Source of the DNA: an uncultured delta proteobacterium
GTDB taxonomy: Bacteria > Desulfobacterota > RBG-13-43-22
Direction of reading: 5' to 3'
Length of the DNA: 64,000 nucleotides
Assembly (NCBI GenBank): GCA_963843145.1
Contig: CAWJJC010000010.1
Coordinates: 207,823-271,822 of the forward strand
How positions within the stretch are numbered: position 1 is the first letter of the stretch; the number at the start of each line of letters is the position of its first letter. Positions 49,394 through 58,500 of the stretch are shown in pieces. The notes below the pieces were generated by a model, which did no database searches, had not been told where the DNA came from, and saw only the letters and a list, made by a program, of their open reading frames with translations. Position numbers and translations under genes: made by a program.

Positions 49394-49674
49394 GCCAGAA
49401 CCTGATTTCGCTCAACTTGATAGAATCCGCCGGGGTCCTTTTTGACGTTTCAGGGCTAATGGATCGGAATCCCCCATCCCTCCAGAGGTATCCTGAAACC
49501 TACCGGTCAAAGGGAGTGGCGATCCCCAATCGCCGGTAAACCGGGTAGGCGACCGCCTCCGTCTCAAATTCCCCCTTTCAGAATTTCCCCTAATGTATTT
49601 CGAGGATATGCCGATAGTATATAGATTAAATCAAACCTCCGAATCCTATCGAATCGGTTAAAGGAGATTCAGTC

Positions 49675-51483
49675 ATGGTCAATAAATTTCGTAAACCGTT
49701 TATTAAACTTTCCTTCTCGGTCCTATGCTTGTTTTTGTCCGGCCTCTGCCTGCCGTTTGAACCCTTGGGAATTAACTCGGCGCAGGCCCAACCCCCCTTG
49801 GGGTTGTCAATGAAAACCTATCTTCCTCTGGTGCTTAGCCCTTGGGCTTTCTCCTGGCCGATCGCCACCGAGGTTTTCACTACGGCGGAACAGCAGGTCC
49901 ACCCTCTTGGATTATCTACAGAAACGCCGCAGATTCCCCCGGCAGACGTGCCGCTTTACGCCCAATACGGTTACAGCGCCTGGTACGCAGGGGACGGCTT
50001 ACCGCACGTGAAGCGGACTGAACTGGCACCCGGATACAACACGAACGCAACCCCTGCCGCGCGTCTGTTGTCATTCTTTACCATTTCCGACATTCACATC
50101 GCCGACAAGGAATCTCCGGCCCAGGTGAATTACGCCGCCTGGAAGGCACCCTTTGGTACCGGCAATTCGTCAGCCTGGTCGCCGGTCGTTAATTCGACGA
50201 CCCAGGTCCTGGATGCCGCCGTCCAGACGATTAATGCCTTACATAAAAAAACACCTTTCGATTTAGGCATTGCCCTGGGTGACGCGATCAACAACACCCA
50301 GTATAACGAGCTGCGCTGGTATATCGATGTCCTGGACGGTAATCTCATTATTCCCAGCTCCGGCGCTCATGTCGGAGCCGACACCATCGATTATCAGAAA
50401 CCTTTCCGGGCCTTCGGGCTCGATAAAGCGATCCCCTGGTATCAGGTCATCGGCAACCACGATCAGTTCTGGATGGGTTCGGCCTATGAGAGCCCCAAGT
50501 TCCTACAGGCTCATGTGGGGAATACCGTCCTCGACCAGGGAATCGATCCCAATATTAATATTGCCATCAATGAGACCGGTTTTTATATGGGCGTGGTCGA
50601 CGGCTCAACACTTTATGGGGATATCATCAAATCAGGGCCGGAGGCTGACTTTCCCACGCCGCCAACGGTCATTGCCGACGCCAATCGCCATTCACTAGCG
50701 ACCGCCGCTTCCTCCAGCCAGAATTGGATGCGCGAATTCTTTACAACGACGTCGAACCCGGTCGGTCACGGTTTCGCCCAGACCAACGTGGATAACGACC
50801 TTACCTCGTATAGCTTCCAGCCGAAGTCGGGTATACCGATCAAGGTTATCGCCCTCGATGATACGTGCAAGGGAGAGGGCCAGCCAAATTATGCCGCCGG
50901 CTGTCTCGACCAGACCCGGATCGACTGGCTCAAAGGCGAACTCCAGCAGGGTCAGGACGAAAACCAGCTCATGATTATCGCGGCCCATATCCCGGTCAAC
51001 CCGCAAACGGTCCTCATCGACGATGGAACGCGCATGCGTGTCTTTGACACCCCGGCCGATGCCTCGTTGATCGCCATCCTCCACAACTATCCGAATCTCA
51101 TCCTCTGGATCTCGGGACATCGTCACCTGAACACCGTTAGCGCTCAACCGTATGATTCGACGATAGTAGGTCAAGGTCCGGAAAACAGCTTCTGGGAGGT
51201 CGAAACGTCCTCGCTCCGGGATTTTCCCCAGGAGTTCAGGACCTTCGACATCCGCCGCAACAGTGACAACACCCTTTCCATTATCGTTACCAATGTGGAT
51301 CCCGCGGTGGTCGCCGGCTCGCCCGCGGAAAAATCGAGGGGTTATGCCATCGGCGCCGCGCGCGTCTTTGGTACCTACCCCCTCTCGAGTACGGCTTCCC
51401 AGGCTTACAATGCCGAACTGGTGAAACAATTGACCCCCGCCATGCAGGCGATCATCGCCAACTATGGATCGCCGCTGGAGTAG
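49675..51483 (+). CDS. TIGR03768-like metallophosphoesterase (paralog), Sec signal followed by YLPLV motif
   Basis: SDIHIADKE, LGD, GNHDQ, AAHIP, GHRH, VETSSLRDFPQ, YNAEL.KQL. Confidence 0.88.
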   Translation: MVNKFRKPFIKLSFSVLCLFLSGLCLPFEPLGINSAQAQPPLGLSMKTYLPLVLSPWAFSWPIATEVFTTAEQQVHPLGLSTETPQIPPADVPLYAQYGYSAWYAGDGLPHVKRTELAPGYNTNATPAARLLSFFTISDIHIADKESPAQVNYAAWKAPFGTGNSSAWSPVVNSTTQVLDAAVQTINALHKKTPFDLGIALGDAINNTQYNELRWYIDVLDGNLIIPSSGAHVGADTIDYQKPFRAFGLDKAIPWYQVIGNHDQFWMGSAYESPKFLQAHVGNTVLDQGIDPNINIAINETGFYMGVVDGSTLYGDIIKSGPEADFPTPPTVIADANRHSLATAASSSQNWMREFFTTTSNPVGHGFAQTNVDNDLTSYSFQPKSGIPIKVIALDDTCKGEGQPNYAAGCLDQTRIDWLKGELQQGQDENQLMIIAAHIPVNPQTVLIDDGTRMRVFDTPADASLIAILHNYPNLILWISGHRHLNTVSAQPYDSTIVGQGPENSFWEVETSSLRDFPQEFRTFDIRRNSDNTLSIIVTNVDPAVVAGSPAEKSRGYAIGAARVFGTYPLSSTASQAYNAELVKQLTPAMQAIIANYGSPLE

Positions 51484-51507
51484 GTGTTAAATTTGGCCTG
51501 AGGATGA

Positions 51508-52326
51508 ATGAAAAACTGCCACTTCCTGATCCCGGGGATAAAACGCACCTCGCCCTGGTGGACAGGTCCCGGAGTTGTTCTGCTGCTGGCATTGGCGATA
51601 GGGCCCGGGATCCGGCCCGCTTACGGGCAGGCCGAACCGGGCTACCACGTCTGGCTGCCGATGGTGATTTCTAACCGGACCGAGCCCAATCCGGTTCATC
51701 AAGGTATCGCCACGTATTACCAGGCCACCGGCGAGGGCGCCTGTATGTTTGATCCGTCTCCGGATGACCTGATGGTTGCGGCCATGAACGCCGAGGAATA
51801 TGGCCAGGCGGGGGTCTGCGGCGCTTATCTGGCGGTCAACGGCCCCCAGGGCGCCGTCACCGTCCGCATCGTCGACCTCTGTCCGGAGTGTCAGGCCGGC
51901 CACCTCGATCTGAGCCGGGAGGCCTTCAGCCGGATAGGCGATCTTCCGGAGGGTGTGGTAGCGATTACCTGGCAGGTGGTCAGCCCGGCCCTGTCCGGTC
52001 CCATTGGCTATCACTTCAAAGACGGCAGCAACCCCTGGTGGACGGCCGTGCAGATACGCAACCATCGCAATCCGGTAGCTAAGCTGGAGTACCGCCTGGG
52101 TGACGGTCCCTGGGCGGTTATTCCGCGGACGGACTACAACTACTTCGTCCAGACTAACCCCGGCATGGGACCAGGCCCCTATAGTTTTCGGGTCACGGAC
52201 AGTTACGGGAACAGCCTCATCGACAACGGCATCACTCACCTCGAGAACGTCACCATCCCAGGGGCCGGCCAGTTCCCGCCGGGACCTGTTTTCGGCCACG
52301 CGCCGACCCCGAACCGCAACCAATAG
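51508..52326 (+). CDS. Bacterial expansin (EXLX1/YoaJ-like)
   Basis: G.ATYY, GAC, AAMN, CGAYL.V.GP.G.VTV.IVDLCPEC..GHLDLS..AF, then CBM63-like KDGSN.WW.AVQ.RNH, R.DYNYF. Confidence 0.9.
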   Translation: MKNCHFLIPGIKRTSPWWTGPGVVLLLALAIGPGIRPAYGQAEPGYHVWLPMVISNRTEPNPVHQGIATYYQATGEGACMFDPSPDDLMVAAMNAEEYGQAGVCGAYLAVNGPQGAVTVRIVDLCPECQAGHLDLSREAFSRIGDLPEGVVAITWQVVSPALSGPIGYHFKDGSNPWWTAVQIRNHRNPVAKLEYRLGDGPWAVIPRTDYNYFVQTNPGMGPGPYSFRVTDSYGNSLIDNGITHLENVTIPGAGQFPPGPVFGHAPTPNRNQ

Positions 52327-52337
52327 CGCCGTCGTCG

Positions 52338-53042
52338 TTACTTATAACGCTCTTCCTTCCAGGGATCGGCCGAATTGCTGTATCCATTACGCTCCCAATA
52401 GCCCGGCTCGTCTTCAACTGTAAATTTAATTACTTCCAGCCATTTGGCGCTTTTGTAAAAGTAGCGGTCGGGCACCAGGGCCCGGATAGGGGCGCCGTGC
52501 TCCTTCGGGAGCTTCCGGCCGAAGAAACTATGGGCGAGGATGACATTTTCCTTGCGGGCCTCTGTTATCGGGATGTTGGCGGAATAACCGGTGGCGGCCC
52601 CAAAGATAACAAAATTGGCCCCTTTTCGCGGTTTCGCCAGACGCATGATGGTGCTCAGGCGGACCCCGGTCCAATGGGAATCTAAGAGCGTCCAGCCCGT
52701 AACGCAATGCACGTCGCAGGTTAATTGAACTTGTTCCAATGCCAGCAGCTCCTTATAGGAGAGAACCAGAGGTTTTTCCACCTCGCCTTGGATGTGGAGC
52801 GTAAAGTTGTCCACTGTGGCCGTCCCCGGCTGACCGCCCATATCCAAAATCTTTTTTATCGCTTCCTGACCCGGGGGTATACGCGGCCTGCCGTCGGGCC
52901 TGGTTTGGCTCGCCAGCGCCTGTTGCTCAAGATCAAGGAGTTTCATAAAAGTCCCCGGCAGGCCGATAGTGATCATGGTGCCGCCGGCTGCTGCCAGGAA
53001 GGTGCGTCGGGAGATATGGATATCTTTGGGCATGGCTCTCAT
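52338..53042 (-). CDS. Molybdopterin-dependent oxidoreductase (sulfite oxidase/MsrP/YuiH-like), Tat signal
   Basis: [42 protein letters not shown]. Confidence 0.9.
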   Translation of the reverse strand: MRAMPKDIHISRRTFLAAAGGTMITIGLPGTFMKLLDLEQQALASQTRPDGRPRIPPGQEAIKKILDMGGQPGTATVDNFTLHIQGEVEKPLVLSYKELLALEQVQLTCDVHCVTGWTLLDSHWTGVRLSTIMRLAKPRKGANFVIFGAATGYSANIPITEARKENVILAHSFFGRKLPKEHGAPIRALVPDRYFYKSAKWLEVIKFTVEDEPGYWERNGYSNSADPWKEERYK

Positions 53043-53297
53043 TCCTTTTATTTGTATTCAAAATAATCATGCCGGCCAGATTTTTCAAGATTGGCAGACG
53101 GTTTTCTTCGCCTGTCAAGGGAGCACGTCCCCTTTCATTATATTCGCTAAATTCCATTTGACCCGTGTCCCGTGACACGATAATATCGGAGAGAAATTTC
53201 TCTCCCTGGTAGACCGGGATGAAAACCATTGTTTTTGGGGCTAGTGCTTAACCCAAAAAATTTGGGAGAGATTTTTTGCCACAGACAAAGGCGGGAC

Positions 53298-53348
53298 AGG
53301 GTGGCGGCATGCGGCGAGCTCAGCCGAGCGGCGACTTGCCGCCACCCT
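53298..53348. repeat. GC-rich hairpin (REP-like) between divergent genes
   Basis: AGGGTGGCGGCA / TGCCGCCACCCT perfect 12-bp inverted repeat. Confidence 0.55.
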
Positions 53349-53452
53349 AACCGTCTGGCCCTTCGGGCACTAAAAATAGTCTCCAGTGGTCTGCGTGCGG
53401 CTTCGGCTAATTAAGAGTTGAGCACTCATTCTATAGCTACAGGACCAAAAAG

Positions 53453-53983
53453 ATGGCTAAACTATACTCCATTGATGGAAAGGCACCCGCCGTTGACCCC
53501 ACCGCTTTCGTCCACCCCGAGGCGGTGCTGATCGGCGACGTCCGTATCGGGCCGGGCTGCTATATCGGTCCCTGCGCCTGCCTGCGGGGAGACTTCGGGC
53601 GCATCCGGCTGGAGGCCGGGGCCACTGTCCAGGATACCTGCGTGATCCATACCTTCCCCAACCAAGAGGTCATTATCGAAACCGGCGGTCTCCTGGGACA
53701 CGGGGCCGTGATTCACGGCTGCACCATAAGAAAGAACGCCCTGGTGGGGATCAACGCCGTGGTGCTGGACAAGGCCGTGGTGGGCGAAAACTCCCTGGTC
53801 GCCGCCGGGGCCCTGGTGCCGGCAGGCAAGGAGATCCCGGCCAACAAACTGGTCGCCGGCGTCCCCGCCAAAGTCCTCCGTAGCCTTACCGAGGCGGAGA
53901 TCGCCGGAAAACTGGAGGGAATCCGCCTGTACCAGACACTGGCGGTGCGGTCCCTTAAATCCCTGCGCCCCGTGGAACAATAA
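53453..53983 (+). CDS. Gamma-carbonic anhydrase family hexapeptide protein (PaaY/CaiE-like)
   Basis: P.VDPTAFVHP.AVLIGDV, LRGDFG, QD.CVIH, GHGAVIHGC. Confidence 0.9.
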   Translation: MAKLYSIDGKAPAVDPTAFVHPEAVLIGDVRIGPGCYIGPCACLRGDFGRIRLEAGATVQDTCVIHTFPNQEVIIETGGLLGHGAVIHGCTIRKNALVGINAVVLDKAVVGENSLVAAGALVPAGKEIPANKLVAGVPAKVLRSLTEAEIAGKLEGIRLYQTLAVRSLKSLRPVEQ

Positions 53984-54556
53984 ATGCCCGCAGCGCCGGA
54001 ATACGGACGGAGATCGTCTTTGGATAAAATCAAGTTGCCACGTCCGGGGTTCGGAACGGGAGCCCTGCTTATTATTTTGCTGCTATTCTCTTCCGCCTGT
54101 TCCCGGGAAGATGAAGTGGTCAGGATTCAGGCCTTAATCAAAAAAGGGGGTTCCCTGGCGGAAAAGCATGATATCCGGGGACTCCTGGCCCTGACTTCCG
54201 GAGATTTTACGGCCTTCCCTGGCCGTCACGATCGCCAGGGGGTGAAGGGAATACTCTGGATGGCTTTCCAGCATTACGGCCCGCTCCGGGTGCTGTTTCC
54301 CCGACCGAGCATCGACCTGGACCCCGCGAAACAATCCGCCCTGGGAACCGTTTATTTCATGATCGTCAAAAAAGAGCTGTCCTATCCCGGCCTCGAAGCA
54401 CTCTATCAGGACCCGACGGCCTGGCTGGCCAAAGCCGGTGAAAATGGGGCCCTCTACCGCTTGACGCTGGAATTTAAAAAAACCAAAGGGGAGTGGTTCG
54501 TCTCCAGTGCCCGGCTGGACCCCTTCCGGGGGCTCGGATTTGCAGGCGGATATTGA
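53984..54556 (+). CDS. Hypothetical lipoprotein (NTF2-like fold possible)
   Basis: Hydrophobic stretch with lipobox-like SSAC; K..GEW.V..A C-terminal pattern; start uncertain. Confidence 0.65.
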   Translation: MPAAPEYGRRSSLDKIKLPRPGFGTGALLIILLLFSSACSREDEVVRIQALIKKGGSLAEKHDIRGLLALTSGDFTAFPGRHDRQGVKGILWMAFQHYGPLRVLFPRPSIDLDPAKQSALGTVYFMIVKKELSYPGLEALYQDPTAWLAKAGENGALYRLTLEFKKTKGEWFVSSARLDPFRGLGFAGGY

Positions 54557-54605
54557 CAGCCGGTGGGCGGACTGGTAGATTTAGCAACGTCAGGGAAAAC
54601 GGTAA

Positions 54606-54622
54606 AAGTTGATAATCAACTT
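54606..54622. promoter_or_regulatory. Fur/PerR-box-like palindrome upstream of the ferritin-like gene
   Basis: AAGTTGAT-A-ATCAACTT perfect IR containing the TGATAATCA core. Confidence 0.6.
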
Positions 54623-54640
54623 ATTCGAAAGGAGAAAACC

Positions 54641-54970
54641 ATGCCGGAATTTTCTAACCCTTTTGCGGGCCTGAAAAACGGACGAAAACTCACCCGGGAA
54701 GAACTGGTCCGCGCGGTCCGCTTTATGATTGCCGCCGAATACGAAGCCATCCAACTTTATCAACAAACGGCGGAAAGCACGGACAATCCCTTGGCCCGGG
54801 ACGTTCTCCTCGATATCGCCAACGAGGAAAAAGAACATGCCGGGGAGTTCCTCCGCCTGTTGCGGGAATTGGAACCGGAAGAAGAGAAATTTTACCAAAC
54901 CGGCTATGAAGAGGTTGAGGAGATCATCGAAAAGCTAGGGAAACGCGCCTCCCGATCCCGCCGACGTTAA
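54641..54970 (+). CDS. Small ferritin-like protein (rubrerythrin/encapsulated-ferritin-like)
   Basis: AEYEAIQLYQQ and IANEEKEHAGEF di-iron motifs; SD AAGGAG. Confidence 0.88.
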   Translation: MPEFSNPFAGLKNGRKLTREELVRAVRFMIAAEYEAIQLYQQTAESTDNPLARDVLLDIANEEKEHAGEFLRLLRELEPEEEKFYQTGYEEVEEIIEKLGKRASRSRRR

Positions 54971-54992
54971 GGCGCGGACCCCTGCTTCCTGT

Positions 54993-55253
54993 TTAGGTAT
55001 AAATAAACACATAATCAGCGCTGCCAACGATAAACTTCATTCGTCCCCCATGATGCCGGCCGTATTCTTCCCAATCCGAAATTCCTTCGGCGGCGCATTC
55101 GAATCGGGAAGGTGAATATTTGCCTCTCTTTTTATCGGACCAGGCCGCCAGGGAGGTTCCCGGATTATAGATTTTGGCCAGAAACCAGGAAATTCCCCAG
55201 GCCAACTCCAGGCTTATGTTCTCCTCTTTCATCGGAATGGTAATTGTTTCCAT
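54993..55253 (-). CDS. AF1514-like small protein
   Basis: LAAW.D.....SP...C.......WE.YG..HGG......V....YVF. Confidence 0.65.
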   Translation of the reverse strand: METITIPMKEENISLELAWGISWFLAKIYNPGTSLAAWSDKKRGKYSPSRFECAAEGISDWEEYGRHHGGRMKFIVGSADYVFIYT

Positions 55254-55575
55254 AGGATGCCTCCTTTCCCCCATAAATAGTGGACAGGGAATAGACCCCG
55301 GGAAGAAGAGATGGTTTCATCTAGGATGACGCCCGAAATTCAGGCAAACCTCCAAACGTCGCTCCTATCCTTTAAAAAATAAAATATATAAGGAAATAAG
55401 AAATAAATAGGGTGAATCCGTGATTTTAAACGAATATCTACGGTATTTTTCATGGTACAGGGACCCTACTTTGGCGGGAATGGACCTGCCGCCTGCTATC
55501 CGCCAGGACCCCGCCTTCCAATTTTACTTCAGCAGTTAGGGCGGAGGGAGATGACAGGGATAGATGTTGCGGCCT

Positions 55576-58500
55576 TTAGAGCCGCGGCTCCCCCAGACGG
55601 ACGACCACCCGATGCTTGATCAGCGTCCGTTCCAGTGGAATCAGCCCCTCCGGTAGACGCTGCCCGTCCAGCTCGACCCAGGCCACGCCTCGTTCCAGAC
55701 CTTCCGGATTCTCGACCTGAATGTCGTAGACCGCTTCACCGTGACGATAGCGCAAATGGAAGCCTTCCCAATTCCCGGGGATGACCGGATTCAGTTGCAG
55801 GCTATCTCCGCGTATTTTCAAACCCAGGACCTCTTCCACCCAGGCCCGGTACATCCAGGCGGCCGAACCGGTATACCAGGACCAACCGCCCTGGCCGATC
55901 CGTCCGGGCAAGCGGTAAATATCCGCCGCCACCACGTAAGGTTCCAACCCGTAGCGCCAAAGGGTTTCCGGGTCACGGGCCCGCTCAATCGGGTTGAGCA
56001 GACGCAACAGTTCTACCGCCCGGCGGCCATCCCCTCGCCGCGCCAGGGCCATGGCCAACCACAGGGCGGCCTGGGTGTATTGGCCTCCATTCTCCCTCAC
56101 TCCCGGAGGGTAGGCCTGGATATAACCGGGCGAGGGCTCCGATCGGTCAAAAGGTGGGTCGAAAAGCAGGACCAGGCCTTCCTCCTCCTTAACCAGATAT
56201 TTCCAGCCGGAGTCTAAAGCCCGGCCCGCGCGATCGGGGTCGGCGGCGCCGCTCAGCCAGGCCCACGATTGCGGTAGGGAATCGATCTTCGCCTCCTGAC
56301 TGGACGATGACCCGAGGAGGGTGCCCTGATCGAAGATCGCCCGAAGATACCACTCCCCATCCCAGGCGGATCGTTCCACCCGCTCAATCAGGGCTTTCCT
56401 CTCCTGCTGATAGGTCCGGCTCAATTCGGCCTGATCCAGCACCTCAGACAACTCCACCATGCCCTGCAGCACATCCACCAGGAACCAGGCCAGCCAAACG
56501 CTCTCCCCCCGACCTCCGGCTCCCACCAGATTCATCCCATCATTCCAATCCCCGGCCCCCATGAGGGGCAACCCATGAGGCCCAAAATTCAGGCTGCACT
56601 GAACGGCACGCCGGCAGTGCTCAAACAGAGTGGCCCGTTCCGAGGCGATCTCCGGTGTGCCGAAGCTTTCGGGCTGTCCGCTTTTTAGCAGCGGCCCCTC
56701 GAGAAAAGGGACCTCCCGGTTGAGCAGGTCCACATCGCCGCTGCTGCGGATGTAATGAGCGACGACGTAGGGCAGCCAGAGGGGATCATCGGAGATCCGC
56801 GTCCGGGTCCCCGCGCCACTCGGCGGATGCCACCAATGCTGGACATCGCCTTCCTTGAACTGACGGCTCGCCGCGAGCAACAGGTGCCGGCGCGCCAACT
56901 GGGGGGCGGCGTAGATCAGCGCCATAACGTCCTGCAGTTGATCTCGAAAGCCGAAGGCTCCCCCGGACTGGTAAAAGGCGGACCGTCCCCAGATGCGACA
57001 GCTCAGGCTCTGGTAGAGGAGCCAGCGGTTGATCAGAAAGTCCGTGGCGCGTTCGGGAGTCCGCACTTCGATCGTCCCTAAGAGATCATCCCACCAGGCT
57101 TTCGTCCGGCTAAGGGCGGCCTCCCAGGCCAGGCCTTCCCGGTAGGTTGAAACCAGTTGATGGGCCTCATCCAGAGACTCCGCCTGGCCGAGCAGGCAGG
57201 TAATCTCCGCCCGCCCGCCGGGAGACAGTTCCAAGGTGACCCGCAACGCCGCGCAGGGGTCGAGACCCGCCCCCGTCCGAGAGGAGAGCCGGATCCGTCC
57301 CATGGCCGCCGGGTTTCCCAGCGATCGATTGCGGCCGATGAACGCGGTGCGGTCGCCGCTATAGGAATCCGCCGGCGGATTGATAGCGGCGAAGGCGACC
57401 CGGTCCCCGTACTCGGGGTGATAGCGATTCCGGGCGATCAAGGCCTGGATTTCGTCATCCCAGTGGGTCACGACCTGCATTTGAGACGCTTCGCGGTTCT
57501 CCCCCAGGGTCCACTCCAGATAATACGTTAGCGACAATTTGCGCGGCCTGGCGGAGTCGTTTCGTATCCGCAGTCGCTGCAGCTTGACCGGGTCTCCACC
57601 GTTTTCATCCACGGGAACAAAGACCGTCAGCTCCTGTTCGATCCCCTGGCTGTTGTGCTCGAAAACCGTGTACCCCGCTCCATGCCGAACCCGGTAGGCG
57701 GTCTCCTCGCGGATCGGTGCAGCGGTCGGCGTCCAAGTCACACCGGTCTCCTCGTCCCGAAGGTAGAGGGCCTCGGCCGGGGGATCCGTGACCGGGTCGT
57801 TCGACCAGGGCGTCAGACGATTGCGTTGGCTGTTGCCAAACCAGGTAAAGCCGGAGCCCGTCTCGCTGACCAGGGTCCCGAAGTTCGGGTTGGCCATGAC
57901 GTTCACCCAGGGCGCCGGGGTATGGGTCCCGGGGCCGAGATAGATGGCGTATTCCCGACCATCCGGGGTAAACCCGCCGAGGCTGTTGAAGTAGGGCAGC
58001 TCCAGGAAAGGCAGCGCCGCCGAAGGCTCCCGCGGGGCGCGCTTTTTGACCTGAGGTTCCGGCGTCTCGGCGACCTCTGCCGGCAATCCTAACTGTTGGG
58101 GGAGGAGGCCTCGGGCCGCCACCAGCACCACCGCGGCCGCGGTCAAGAGGAGCGTCAGGTCTTCCGCCGGAATTTGATCCGTGCTGCGCAGAAAGATCCC
58201 ACCCGGCTGATCTCTGCCGGTTACCGTGGAATGGGCCTGGATCAACCCCTCGAGGCGTTCCCGCAACGGCTGCTCATAGCCGCCGGCTTCCTCGTTGAGG
58301 ATCACCAGGTCGGCCAGCAATCCGTGCCGTCGCCAATAGGTATGGGCCTGAAGCATCTGGCGGACCAGGTTGACCTCCCGCGCCTCGCCTATGGTCACCA
58401 CGACCATGGGCAAGTCGCCCGAAATTCCATAGGGCCATAAGCCGGCCTGGCCCTTGCGGTTCTCTTGGAGACGCTCGGCGGAAGGGCGCAGGCGGGGATT

